Position numbers and translations under genes: made by a program. A stretch of 64,000 nucleotides of DNA from Mesotaenium endlicherianum (taxonomy: Eukaryota). The stretch covers positions 447,527 through 511,526 of the forward strand of contig WELA01002985.1 of assembly GCA_009602735.1 (NCBI GenBank), written 5' to 3'. Every line of letters begins with the position of its first letter. Within the stretch, counting starts at the first letter, position 1. The notes beneath the pieces were generated by a model, which saw only the letters and a program-made list of their open reading frames with translations, did no database searches and was not told the origin of the DNA. Positions 1-13,600 of the stretch are shown piece by piece.

Positions 1-1781
1 GGGGGGGCTATTGTACTTGGTGAGGGGGCTGTAGAGCGATCGCAATTGGGGGCCGACACCTATCACATCCAGGGCCCTCCAGGCGTTCCCCCAGAGGCTG
101 AGGGCCGCCCCGCCCTTGAGCGCGGTTGCTTGCTCCAGCACCTTCGCCCGAATGCCGACCCTGCCAAATGCAGCCGGGCAGAACAGACAGACAGCGAGAC
201 ATGCAGAAGACAGTCAGACATGCAGACAGGCAGACAGGCTGGCTCTTTCAATCCAGTCAGACAAGGACAGGCTGCCAGCTGGCACAGAACAGGTACAAGG
301 CAACACAGGTGGCAGCACCAGAGCGTGTGCTTGTGCATTGAGCCACCAGGGAGAGTTGCCTTGTACATCGAGAGCACCAGTAAACACACGCGTGCATCAA
401 TGAACATACATGCCAGGACATAAGTATATATGAAAAGTCATATACAGTGTGTGTATGCTACGTCATACCTACATCCAAAATACAGGAAAATCAAAAGAGC
501 GATGGAGTACTTATCAGTGACTACAGCATCGTCGGAAGGATCAGCCTGGTCGAGGGCCCCAACAGCCAGTGCACGGGTCTGTAGTCGTATGACAGCGTGG
601 CAAAATCTGCCTTGAACTTTTATCATCTCAAGAGATGTGAACAAATTTCTCATCACCTTCTGAATGCAGAATTTACCAAAACTGGAGAGATTTAGCATAC
701 ATTGAGACCAAGGGGGTGAGGGGGGAGGGGGGAGGGGGGGAAGTGGAAATCAACNNNNNNNNNNNNNNNNNNNNNNNNNNNNNNNNNNNNNNNNNNNNNN
801 NNNNNNNNNNNNNNNNNNNNNNNNNNNNNNNNNNNNNNNNNNNNNNNNNNNNNNNNNNNNNNNNNNNNNNNNNNNNNNNNNNNNNNNNNNNNNNNNNNNN
901 NNNNNNNNNNNNNNNNNNNNNNNNNNNNNNNNNNNNNNNNNNNNNNNNNNNNNNNNNNNNNNNNNNNNNNNNNNNNNNNNNNNNNNNNNNNNNNNNNNNN
1001 NNNNNNNNNNNNNNNNNNNNNNNNNNNGGGGGGGCTATTGTACTTGGTGAGGGGGCTGTAGAGCGATCGCAATTGGGGGCCGACACCTATCACATCCAGG
1101 GCCCTCCAGGCGTTCCCCCAGAGGCTGAGGGCCGCCCCGCCCTTGAGCGCGGTTGCTTGCTCCAGCACCTTCGCCCGAATGCCGACCCTGCCAAATGCAG
1201 CCGGGCAGAACAGACAGACAGCGAGACATGCAGAAGACAGTCAGACATGCAGACAGGCAGACAGGCTGGCTCTTTCAATCCAGTCAGACAAGGACAGGCT
1301 GCCAGCTGGCACAGAACAGGTACAAGGCAACACAGGTGGCAGCACCAGAGCGTGTGCTTGTGCATTGAGCCACCAGGGAGAGTTGCCTTGTACATCGAGA
1401 GCACCAGTAAACACACGCGTGCATCAATGAACATACATGCCAGGACATAAGTATATATGAAAAGTCATATACAGTGTGTGTATGCTACGTCATACCTACA
1501 TCCAAAATACAGGAAAATCAAAAGAGCGATGGAGTACTTATCAGTGACTACAGCATCGTCGGAAGGATCAGCCTGGTCGAGGGCCCCAACAGCCAGTGCA
1601 CGGGTCTGTAGTCGTATGACAGCGTGGCAAAATCTGCCTTGAACTTTTATCATCTCAAGAGATGTGAACAAATTTCTCATCACCTTCTGAATGCAGAATT
1701 TACCAAAACTGGAGAGATTTAGCATACATTGAGACCAAGGGGGTGAGGGGGGAGGGGGGAGGGGGGGAAGTGGAAATCAAC
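1..1781. repeat. Exact tandem duplication 1-754 = 1028-1781 around N gap 755-1027 (probable assembly artefact)
   Basis: Identical sequence, including intron, at offset 1027; identical ORFs in the track. Confidence 0.9.
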
Positions 1782-2554
1782 TCAGAGCCAGCAGCTGCTC
1801 GTAATTTTAGTGTCAACAGGGTTCAGAGCTGCTGCAAGATTTTCGCATCAGGGACGGCCCCAAAGTCAAAAGCTCCCGGCTGCAAGCCACCGATTCTTTT
1901 CACAAGCCCTGAGCGAACTAAGTTGCCAATGCAGGACCTTCTGAGACATGCCGTAATCAAAGAAGGTGCTTACTTGTGCAGTGCTAGGGCAGTAGCTAGC
2001 CCCGCAACTCCACCCCCTACGATCAGAACCTCCTCGTCATTGCCGCCTGCATTGCCTGACTCGTCAGTCTCCAATCCCGCTCTAACACCTTTGGCAGAGG
2101 ACACTCTGCAACTCCCTGCTCTCCTACGCGACCTCATGAGTGTAGGAGATGCCCCCGCACTGCTTGCACAGCCGCTGCTTCTGCTCCATTGATGGTCGAA
2201 ATGTGAGGTCCCGAAAACAAAAGAAGACACGTGGTCCAGTGCAGCAGTTTGGAGAGCTTTGGGAGAAAGGCACCAAGACGATAAGGAATCTGATGGGTGA
2301 CTGGTTCTACCACCCAGACGCCGCTTCATTACAGAACCTGTAAAGTTTCTGCACTGTAGATGCTCAACATTTGGGCCAGAGACAATTCTTCCAATAGGCG
2401 CAGCGCAAGAGGGAACTGCTGACTTATTTTTCAGTCTGCCACGTGCATAGCTACTCGTTTCATGAAATTTACTCTGCTGGTCTGAAAGTCCCCTAGCATC
2501 TGAGGAGCTGGGGTAGGCTGAAACAGCAAGCGATAGAGCGGAAACTGCCGCCAT
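1044..2554 (-). CDS. FAD-dependent monooxygenase (plant MO1/MO2-like, FAD_binding_3), first two exons; gene continues beyond window start
   Basis: Exon 1 2554-1974 encodes a Ser/Arg-rich transit-peptide-like leader and the Rossmann motif VLIVGGGVAGLATALALHK, ending at a GTAAG donor. Exon 2 1187-1044 (CAG acceptor, GTACAA donor, phase-compatible) encodes VGIRAKVLEQATALKGGAALSLWGNAWRALDVIGVG, typical of plant monooxygenases. Exon 2 is duplicated at 160-17. Confidence 0.85.
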
Positions 2555-2820
2555 TAGCACGCCCTATGGCCCACTAAATACAATACATTCCAATATATAC
2601 CCGCTCACCTTAGTAATGCACAAGCTACCTTTGCCCCTTCCAGTAACGCAACACCAATGTCTTTTTTGGAGTCGTTCTGTGCTGCTTTGTGCATGATTTG
2701 GGACTCACTACCAATTTGAACAGCTCCTCCACTGTCAAGATGTATCTTCATTTAATCTCACTGTACGGAAAGCATCAGGTAGCTTAACGTGGCATTTATC
2801 GTGAACGTGGCTGAAAAAGG

Positions 2821-3465
2821 GCCCTGAACTGTGCTGAACTGGCCCTGAACTGCCTTTTCTCCATGTTGACATGGCGGTCTTTTAAAGACCAGAAAAGTCA
2901 TACGCCGACAGAGCCCATCTACTGACCACGATGACCCAGCGATGACCCACAGTCATGTGCCTGATCACGCGTGGGAACATGCGAGTAGGCATATTGGCGT
3001 TAGTAAAGACGTCAGGGGAACGCGAGTAGAGACGGGCAGGAGCAGGCAGGAGTACGCGAGCAGAGATGGAAGGGGTACGCGAGAAGGATGGCAGGGGTAC
3101 GAGAACACGAACGTCAGGCGTTACGCGACTAGAGACGGCAGGGGAACGCGCAGAGATGGCAGGGGCACGCGAGTAGAGACGGCAGGTATTCGCGAGCAAA
3201 GATGGCAGGGGTACGCAAATAGAGATGGCAGGGGCACGCGAGCAGAGGTGGCAGGTGTACGATAGCAGAGATGGCAGGATTACGAGAACAGGGATGGCAG
3301 GCGTACCCGAGCAGAAACGGCAGCGATACGCTTGCCCTCGTACCCTGCCATCAGCCTGCCATCTCTGTTCTCGTGTCTCTGACATCTCTGCTGTCGTACT
3401 TCTGCCGTCTCTCCTCTCGTACCGCTATCGTCTCTGCTCGCGTACCCCCTGCGTCCCTCCTTGCT
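2821..3465. repeat. Dispersed repeat element, copy A: CCTGAACTG units plus ~22-bp minisatellite (GCAGAGATGGCAGGGGTACGCGA-like), with inverted units at ~3330-3465
   Basis: Tandem units visible at 3010-3325, reverse-complement units at 3335-3455; homologous to copy B at 27966-28406. Confidence 0.75.
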
Positions 3466-4847
3466 ACCGACATTCCGTCAACGCGCGCCGTCCCATGTGG
3501 GAATTCTTTGGTGTGTTCCAACTTTTTAATAACTACGTTATTATCGCCGCAGACTTTGCGTCATTCGAAAGCCCTCCTGTACTTTTGTATCTATTTCTTT
3601 CATGGATGAAATTCCGCCCCCTATAATTCAAATCAGGACGGAACAGTCTTCTCGAGTCGTCTATCCGGAAAACCACAGCCGCAACGCATCCCCCCGGAGC
3701 AGGATTTCTTTAGCGCAGTCGAACATCTGCAGCTCGGTTGTTACCAGTTGTCACGTCGATCTCTGTAGCCAGAGAAGCAGAGAGAATTAGAGCAAGGTAG
3801 CACCTGCTAGACCATATATATGCCCCCCGGCTGCCCCAGACCAGAAGTCGTTAATTGTTTGTTTGTAAGAGGTCCTATAGGATTCATCGAGTTTAAAGAG
3901 CTGTCACATCGGTTAGGAAGCATACCTCACCATCGACTTGACCTTTCAATGTTGTAAGAGAGGGACCCGCGGTAGAGCACGGATAACGTGCATTCAAAGT
4001 CGCGTGACTTGAAGATACTCGAGAGTGCTGGGGAGCTAGACTTGTTAAGACTTTACCCAGATTTTATCCACCCCTCCCATCGAGACCCCCGATCAACGGA
4101 GAAAGATACTATTCTTCTTCAGCTTGTACCCGACTACAATGACTTTTGCTATCACTGAAACGCGTCATATCCTATATCGGGAAATAATGAGCACAAAGCA
4201 GAACGAAGCTGAAGACCAGGAGGAACCTTTTAAGCATAAGTACCACAGTAGTCGACTCAAGCATTATTACATGCTTCGACCAGCTGGCTGCCTTTCGTTC
4301 TGCACGCTGTCCTACTCGCCATTGTGTCCCTGAACGCCAAGAGGGGTGAGTCTCGAAACAAAAAACTGACCTTTTCTCAGTCCAGCATGCTTAGAAGAAC
4401 ACGTGAAATGCAACCAATTCCTTTTTTTTGAAGGTTCAATATCATTGGGTTCATCTGCTAATTGAAAATCGAAGAGGAAGCTTCCATGCTGTTTTATTGA
4501 TATAGGCGAGTTTAATGGAGTGACTTGGGCAGACAAGCCATTTATTGCAATTTAAGATGTAACTATTGCAAACAGATCGTTGTGCCGTTGCAAGTTCAAT
4601 ACTTTTTACGATAGTCACACGGTCAGGTCCCTCATTATCATATGTCAAACTTAAACCGTGTTTTTAACCATGTTGATATGAGTGCATGCCTCATGTATAT
4701 GCCAGTTTTTTTGGGAACGGAAGAGAAGTTAAGAAGCAAGGTGAATGTACATTATATGTGTATTGTCGTACATTTGCCAACAGTGTCGCCATGACCCATG
4801 CAGAGACAAGTTCCAGATAAGTTCCAAGTCTACAGCTCCACAAGGAC

Positions 4848-7800
4848 ATGGCTTCATGCAAGGCCTTCCTCCTTGCCATTGTTGTGACCTCTGCACTCCA
4901 TGGAAGCATGGCCAAAATTACCGCCATTTTCACTTTTGGTGACTCAACTGCTGATGTTGGCACAAACAATTATATGAAGACACCCCTTGTCGCCGACAGA
5001 CCACCGTATGGCCGAAAATTCATCCCGCAAAGGGGAAGCTTCAGCGATGGCAGGCTGATCGGTGACTACTTAGGTATGAGGGTACAAGTCTCCGCTGATG
5101 CCCAGCAGGACCAATGTTCTTGACAATTGTATGTATCGTGTATGTGTGCTGTCAATGGCGTGTCCTTGAAGTGCAGCTCCTTTAAAGCAGGAACATTCTA
5201 TCAATTTTGATTCAACTCTTTGATTGCTATAAATCAGTTAAGACACCTACTATATATTTTCCTCCTCATTTATTCAAATAATTGGAGAAAATTACAAGAG
5301 TCTGCAATACAACAAATAAGCACATTGCACTTTCGTATGTCTATGGTCTCAATTATGTAGATACTCTATATTACTTGCTGTTTGTTGTTTCTCGACTTCC
5401 TAATTTTAAACAACATTGTCTATATGTCAGGCTTGCATTCATTTGCTCCTTTATATCGTCAGCCACTGATCATTGATACCTGCTGATTGTTATTGTGTGG
5501 CTGACTTGCATGGATGTCTGCAGCCATCAAGCTGTGTCTGCCTGTCGCTCCTCCGTACCTGATGCCATATGCCAACTTTGAGTATGGAGCCAACTTTGCA
5601 TCTGGAGGGTCAGGAATCACCAACGTCAACTCAAACATAGTGAGCGCTCCGCTGACTAGCAGCCACCCGCTGTCACGCATGCTACTCTACGTTCACGTTG
5701 CAGAGCATGTCATCTACACAATGAACCCCCAGCGTGGCGATTGTTACAAGTTATACTGGCCCCTTCGCTACACCCTCAGTGCCCTTGACTCCACCTGGTC
5801 TGTCGGCTCCTTGATTGCATAAGCTGTCCTCACACTTTCGACGGGCACACTGTTTCTCGAGCTTCTGACTTAATTGCAATGTACGCGGTTGAGTGTAAGC
5901 TTGATCAAGCAGAGAAGTAGTCTGAGAAATGTTGACGATTGTCCAATGGACGATGTGGTGGTTGAGTTGCCGCCCCGACTTAGTTGATGTCCTCTCAAGT
6001 CCATAAACTAATCCTCAGAATGGACGAGGTCGAGCAGCGAGCCTGACCCCTCTCGTCTTGTCCATCCGTGCATGTGCCTCCAACTTCACGTTTGCAGTCA
6101 GTCACGCTGTCCAATCAGCTGCGCCAGTTTGCGGCTCTTCGGTCCTTACAGGCACCCCACAAGCTCCAGCCCGAGGTGAGTTCTCAAATTGCGCTACCTT
6201 TACATCTTGGCTGCATGGAGCCTTGCGCTGTGCTTTCCTCCTAGCTATTCATGGCTGCTGCTCAGTACGGCCCTGGCATCTCTGCACTCCGCCAGCTGCT
6301 GAGAGCCATGTCATGAGATGCTTTCCTTCTTCTTAGCTCGCTGTAGCCATGCGTGTGAGAACCCGTGGCTTAACGTGCTGATAGGAATGGTTGTGGACTT
6401 TGTTAATGCTCCCATCTTGTGGCACACCGCCTTGCGTGCATAACCTCCCATGTGCTGCATGATGCTACCTCGATCTGGTCCGCACACCGTCCTCCGTGCA
6501 AGAGCTGCAGCTCGTTGCCAGGATATGCCGCAGGTCAGACATGTTGCAGATTTTTGATAGGGTGTGTGCGTGTGCAACGTTTGATTGTCCGTGTGCCTGC
6601 TGCATGCTGCGCTATTTTGTGCAGACGTTTCAAGGCGCTCTCTACATCATCAGCTCCAGAAGCAACGACTTGTTGGCGACAACTGCCGGTCAGACCGACT
6701 ATACGGCACTCATTAAAGGCATGCTAAAGAGGCTTGCCGGCGACATCCAGGTCGGCTTCTTCTGGCCCTTTCCGTCCTGTTCTTCAGAAGTGGAGATGTG
6801 TAATCATGGCATAACCTCTGGTTGGGCATGACCTGCCTGTCAGTCGGGGCTCATCGGATTCTCTGGGACTGATGTGTAAGATTAACACGGGAGTGGATTG
6901 CATGAGGGCAGATGCGAACGGATGGCTTCTGTGGAAGCTTCAATGCTTAGAAGCATGCATCGGGAACATCTGCACGTTACATCCTTGTATCTGTGAGTGA
7001 CTTGAGGTGCTCTGCATTGTAGCTCTTCCCAGCTTGCATGGAGACGAGCTTTCATGTCTTCAGAGAGGGCCAAGCCACGCCCTCCAACTTGTGCTTTGAG
7101 CCTACTGCACTTCTGTGGATTCCGTGCCGTCTGACTGGCGTAAGGCGTACGTGTGTCTTTGCCACATTGGCGGGGATTTGGATCTGGATTAACAAGCAGG
7201 CGTTGTATGGGAAAGGCGCGCGCAAGATACTGGTGTTTGAGGTGCCACCCCTGGGGTGTGCTCCCGCCACTCTCGCTTCGTATGAAGGAACGGAGAACGG
7301 AGGTTGCATCTCGTCTGTGAATGCTGTGGTGAAGTCCTACAACCTGCCACTCAATGAGACACTCGCAGGCTTGAGGGCTGCCCTGCCTCGCGCAACCATC
7401 CTGCTGGCGCGTGTGCAAGACTTCGTCACAGCCGCTGTTGGCAACCCTTCTAAACATGGTAAGTCACAAAGAGCTTTGTGGCTGGAACCCTTTTGGTGCT
7501 TCGCTGGTGCCCGCCAGCTTGGCTCACTTTTGAAAGCTGTGTCAGTATGCATGTGTGAATAAGCTATCGCCACACTTGCGGTGCTCTGTCCTTTCTCGCT
7601 GCAAGTTAACTAGTCGCTGCACTTTTCTAGACATACTCTGCGCGCTCGAGCATCAGGTTGGCATTCTTTGACCTGTATGCCTGGTCTCAAATCTTGGACA
7701 GTTTGGAACAACCCTCTGGCGCATGTATCAACCACTCGGAAGAGATACTGCATGTGAGTAGCTTGTCATCTTGTCCTGACAGTAGGCACTCATCCACACC

Positions 7801-8085
7801 CTTTCCCCATGTGATTAATGATTGTCATTGCGATCGCCATGAGCCAATAACCTAGCAGGCTTCAGGTATGCCGCTGACGCATGCTGCGGAGGAGGCTTCA
7901 AAAGGGCCATAAGAGCGTGCGGCACCCTATACTCAGGCACATGCAGGGCCCCAGGAAAGTTTGTGTGGTGGGATGCGTCGAACCCCACGCAGCACTTGTA
8001 CAACTTACTCGCGGATTTGGTGTACGAGGGGCCGCCAACAGCCATCTTTCCAATCAATGTAGCAACTCTTGCAAAATTGAAGTAG
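4848..8085 (+). CDS. GDSL/SGNH esterase-lipase family protein, secreted, with non-canonical catalytic blocks
   Basis: Exons 4848-5073, 5524-5639, 6098-6175, 6625-6750, 7200-7458, 7859-8085, all GT-AG and phase-compatible. Signal peptide, FTFGDSTADVGTNNY, PPYG, FSDGRL, GANFASGGSG, LYGKGARKI..PPLGCAP, ACCG, FVWWDASNPT. Confidence 0.9.
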
Positions 8086-10646
8086 TTGCCATCTGTCCCT
8101 AGGGTGTTTGATTCATCCCTTTGCTTTCTGGTTTTTTTGCATCATTGTTAAGCTTCTGTTCCAGTCCCACGTGTAGGCCAATAAGAGGTTTGTTTAATAC
8201 ATTTTTAGTTCCAACCTTAGCAGCATGGTCAGGTTAGCAGAGCCAGGGTGTGATCTCATAATGTTAAAGCCCACAGCGCGCGCTTAATTGCAAAAGGTCC
8301 TGGTAGAAGGTCTTTTGCCTATTCTCAGATTTGATAAATGCATGGCTTACAAGTTGCAAGCCATCAGTGGACTGAGAAGCATTTGCCTGTGCTCCACTGT
8401 GATAATTATGCAGCTTACAAGTTGCAAGCAATTAATTGACGGTGTCTCTATTGTTGAGGCAATACCTATGGCCCCTTAACCCACCCTACGTTGAAGGAAC
8501 CGAAGCTAAATATTATTGGCTTGCATCAGAAAAACCTCCTTCGCACACCTATCAGAGCTACACCTACCCCTCGTCTCCGGAATATGAAAAATCACCTCCA
8601 TGTACTGCGCACGTGATAATGTGTATTGCTATGGGTGCTGACATGCATTTTGCACATCACCGTAAAGAGTATGCCTAGCAAGGCTCATGCTTAGACATGC
8701 CCTTGATCATAATTTCTTGACACCATACAAGATACTGCTACACTCACTAATTGCTCACAAATTGACCTACAATCACAGTGCGCATAGCAACGCAAATGTG
8801 AGAACATTGAAATCCCAAATCCGAAACCCTGAACTTCATACATCCACACCAACCTCACATCCTGCATCCTGCCCTTCCTTTCTCTCCCCTTCCTGCCGGT
8901 GACAGAGGTCCTGCAATTCTGCCCCCATACTTGAAAACACTCAAAAACCACAAAGCTGCTTCTGTTCCAGTGCCTCCTTTCTCCTCCTTCAGCAGCTGCT
9001 GCTGGGCAGACCAGCTTGCATTGGTCCCTTTATAACCATGCTTTTCACTCAACCGTAATCCAGAGCTTTTACAATCTGATCCATCCCCTCTCCCTCCTGC
9101 CGCCTCCTTTCTCCATCTCACAAGCTCCCGACCTAGTATTCCCTCATTCCACCTGTTGACTCGGGATGCTAAGGTCTATGTTTGAACCCTGTACTGTGTA
9201 ATGATTAGGGTGTATGACCTTGGACTAGGCTATGTTCAGGGTTGGAAGTCAGGATTCAGCTTCAGGTTTACCCTGCACTGACATGGGATAAGGTTTCGGA
9301 TAAACCTGCACTTACTACCTGCACGCTGAAGCCTAATCCTAAGCATATAGACCCCTAGAGCCTGGTAGTCGTGTATCAGCTGAGAGTGTTTTGCGAGAGA
9401 GGGTCCCCCGTACACTGTACAATTTAAGCTTAAGCTTTAATCTTAGTATTACATTCAGATATTACCAGTATTATACATGTCGCCCTCCTCACTACAAGAC
9501 TCAAGAAGATGGGTAAGGGAAGGTGGAGTGGGGACAGCGGAGGGGGATGTGGGAAGGACGGGCAAAATGAGCACCTGAGAGTGGATGAGGCGAGAGAAGC
9601 GTGATGGTCTATACTGTTGTCTGCATCAGGCTCTTGGCCGCATGCAGAGTACCAACAGTAGCACAAAAGACTATAAGACACCACCAACCGGAGTGACCTG
9701 CGACCACCTGAGACGCGCTCTTGACGCGTGGCACCTACATCACATTTTTGCGTGGTGTGCCTGTCACCGCATACGCAAAAGAAGGAACATAAAATATTCT
9801 CTACCTGCTAACCCCTTACGTCATCGTCCCGAAGGAAGAAGATACCCTCAAAGATGAGAATACTTCTTAGTTACATTGCTTCGTAACATGACTACTGCGC
9901 GGGGTTCATCAGCTATGTTGTTATCACATGAATGGATATGTCTGCTGCTTTACAGTTATCCCTTATTCGCAGAAATCATTCTGGAAGTGGCTAAGGATAC
10001 GTCGAGCTTGGCCTAGTGGGCATTAATTTTTATGCACAGAAACAGATGTTTCTTCATTTCTGCACACAAACGATAGAAGCATGCGAGGACAATGTATGTG
10101 ATTTATACCTCTCAAAGCAATATTTTTACAAGTTTGATCTGCATAATATGTGATAAGGAGATACTTTGTGCAGACGATTCATGATCGATTGCTGCTCCCG
10201 AAAGTAGTCAAACGTTTGATCCGGTTGCTGTCGTTACAAATCCCAGGTGTTCCATTTTAAACAATTTAAACCAGGGCGACGTTAAGGCGTCGTAAACTTG
10301 CGAACCATATCGGACATGAACGCTCACCAGAATCCATTATTTGCCATCTGGGCTCGGAGATTGCATCAGTCATAAGTACTTGCCTTCACTTTTCTACAAC
10401 CCAGAAATTAGAGCAAATTGCACTGAGATTAGAGTGCATACTTTTGTTTCCACCTAGGTATCGGACGAAAGGGCTTGCATTGGCATTCTTTGCGGTGTAA
10501 GTATCACGTGTGCTGCGTAATATATACCACAATACTTTCTCCGTTAGACGTGCAAAGCGAGTGTCATCTGGAGCTGAACAGAGGCTCGCTGGCGCACACT
10601 TGCGCCAGCAGGTGCCAGTAGACGCGTTGTGGGCCGCTGAAAAGGG

Positions 10647-13600
10647 ATGCCATATAGTATGCATCTAGGCTTCTCCTTAAGACCAATCAGGTCGGTTGAT
10701 CTCATCACGCCCTTTGCCAGCTACCGTTGTTTTCACACAGCCCACGTCTCAAGCGTCAGGGCATTCGCTCCGACTACTCCTCTCTGCTGCACCGACGTCC
10801 AGCCCAATGCCTCTACAGAAGTTGCCAGGAAGATACCCAAGGAGAGCGAGAGCGAGGCACGCACTCCCTCCAGGGTTTGGCGGAGGCCAGGGTCTCTGTT
10901 GAACCCTAATGGCCAGGGAGAGGGGGGGAAAGGTGACAATGCCCCAGGAACCAAGGAGCTAATGAGGAGGGCAGAGAGGATGAGCCAGGTGGTGTCTGAT
11001 GATGCCAAGAGGAGAGAGGCGACCATGATCAGTCTGGTTTGCAGGTGCGTCGCGTCAGAGTGCAGCCACATGGCACGTCCAGGCGCTGCTTGAAGCTTCC
11101 CTTCTACTCGTCAATTCCTGCAGAAGCTCTGGCTGCTCTCTTGCCCCCCACCTCACCCCCCCCCGCCCTCCGCCCACAGCCCACCGCCACTTCCAAGCAA
11201 CTCCTCCTTCCGGCTACACTCTATCCCACAACCTGCGCTCCTACTGCTCTGAGAAAAACACAATATTTTCATTGGAAGCTTATGGCACTAGAGAGAGAAA
11301 GAGAGAGAGAGAGGTCGGGGGTGGGAGCGGTGGAAGCAGGGGTAGAGTGACAAAAGGTGGGCAGTATCAGCTCGTTGTGGCAATCAGGGGTGTGCGCGGA
11401 CGTGGAGGAGGGCCCTGTCAGTCAGTCCTGAGAAAGAATTTGCTGTGCGTCTTTTCTTCCCCCACCAACTACCAACTTTGGATACTTCTGCTGCTGCAGT
11501 AGCTGCTGCTGCCACTGTGGCAGCGCCAGCGGAAGGGTAAGGGAGCTCAAGCGGACAAGAGGGAGAGGGGGGGGGAGGGGGAGTATTTGATACGTGTGCA
11601 TGGAACAAGTCCCGTGGCCGAGGTCTCGCTGACCTGGCATGGAAGAGCATCAGCTGTACTTGAACTGTAGGACGTTGATTGCATCCTGGGGATGCACGTG
11701 CGCACCTGTGCCCGAATGTGCGCGTGCGTCTGCCAGGTGGCGACATCCAACAGCAGTTGCCGGCAGTGTCGATGCGGAGCTGGTCTCCCCAAGTCTTCCC
11801 TCCTTAGATGACAAAAGGGACTGACTTGACGCGCCGCCCGCTCTGACCGCGTGTTGTTATGCGGTGGTGCGCGGCGCCTGCGGTGCAGCCAGCTGGCGAA
11901 GACGAAGGACGCGGAGGAGCTGGCAGAGGTGCTGGGGCGATGGGAGCACGCGCTGCTGTGGAAGCACCTGCTTATCATTCTCCAGCGGGTAAGCCCCGTT
12001 GTCCAGGCCCCCTGCTCCTTGTGATGGCTCACTTGTATGCGTGTGTGTGTGTGTGCGTGCGAGTGTGCGTGTGGGTGCACGAGTTTGTGGTTAAATTGGC
12101 AGGGAAATGTGTAGGGAAACGTAGGGAGAGAAATAGGTGTACGTCTGTGCGCGTCGTGGTGTGTGTGCGTCACTCTGAGCGTGCTGGCGATCGAGGCTGG
12201 GCAGTCTTTCGCACGGCTAGAGAGGACCATTGGGGGCTTCCGCGTCCTGCAAACCCCGGCCTGCCCTTTTCCCAGAACTCGTGTGATGCCGGAGGAGCAT
12301 TCGTGCGCATCTGGGTCTCAGCTTGAGGGTTCAGTGTACGACTGCGAGCAACAGCTGCGCCCTCCACGCTGCCCCTTAAGAGTGCAGAGTCACACCGCAA
12401 GATCACTTAATTCTGGGCGCTCATTCTCCCCCTCCGGAACTGAATGACGCNCTAGAGAGAGAAAGAGAGAGAGAGAGGTCGGGGGTGGGAGCGGTGGAAG
12501 CAGGGGTAGAGTGACAAAAGGTGGGCAGTATCAGCTCGTTGTGGCAATCAGGGGTGTGCGCGGACGTGGAGGAGGGCCCTGTCAGTCAGTCCTGAGAAAG
12601 AATTTGCTGTGCGTCTTTTCTTCCCCCACCAACTACCAACTTTGGATACTTCTGCTGCTGCAGTAGCTGCTGCTGCCACTGTGGCAGCGCCAGCGGAAGG
12701 GTAAGGGAGCTCAAGCGGACAAGAGGGAGAGGGGGGGGGAGGGGGAGTATTTGATACGTGTGCATGGAACAAGTCCCGTGGCCGAGGTCTCGCTGACCTG
12801 GCATGGAAGAGCATCAGCTGTACTTGAACTGTAGGACGTTGATTGCATCCTGGGGATGCACGTGCGCACCTGTGCCCGAATGTGCGCGTGCGTCTGCCAG
12901 GTGGCGACATCCAACAGCAGTTGCCGGCAGTGTCGATGCGGAGCTGGTCTCCCCAAGTCTTCCCTCCTTAGATGACAAAAGGGACTGACTTGACGCGCCG
13001 CCCGCTCTGACCGCGTGTTGTTATGCGGTGGTGCGCGGCGCCTGCGGTGCAGCCAGCTGGCGAAGACGAAGGACGCGGAGGAGCTGGCAGAGGTGCTGGG
13101 GCGATGGGAGCACGCGCTGCTGTGGAAGCACCTGCTTATCATTCTCCAGCGGGTAAGCCCCGTTGTCCAGGCCCCCTGCTCCTTGTGATGGCTCACTTGT
13201 ATGCGTGTGTGTGTGTGTGCGTGCGAGTGTGCGTGTGGGTGCACGAGTTTGTGGTTAAATTGGCAGGGAAATGTGTAGGGAAACGTAGGGAGAGAAATAG
13301 GTGTACGTCTGTGCGCGTCGTGGTGTGTGTGCGTCACTCTGAGCGTGCTGGCGATCGAGGCTGGGCAGTCTTTCGCACGGCTAGAGAGGACCATTGGGGG
13401 CTTCCGCGTCCTGCAAACCCCGGCCTGCCCTTTTCCCAGAACTCGTGTGATGCCGGAGGAGCATTCGTGCGCATCTGGGTCTCAGCTTGAGGGTTCAGTG
13501 TACGACTGCGAGCAACAGCTGCGCCCTCCACGCTGCCCCTTAAGAGTGCAGAGTCACACCGCAAGATCACTTAATTCTGGGCGCTCATTCTCCCCCTCCG

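Noticed and set aside
1..1781. Tandem exon duplication in the monooxygenase gene
   Set aside because: Copies appear identical including intron and are separated by an N gap: typical unmerged contig overlap
3010..3330. CRISPR-like array
   Set aside because: Units are contiguous and degenerate with no unique spacers; no cas genes; eukaryotic context
8520..8610. Extensin-like peptide (YTYPSSPEYEKSPP)
   Set aside because: Too short, no repeats or gene structure
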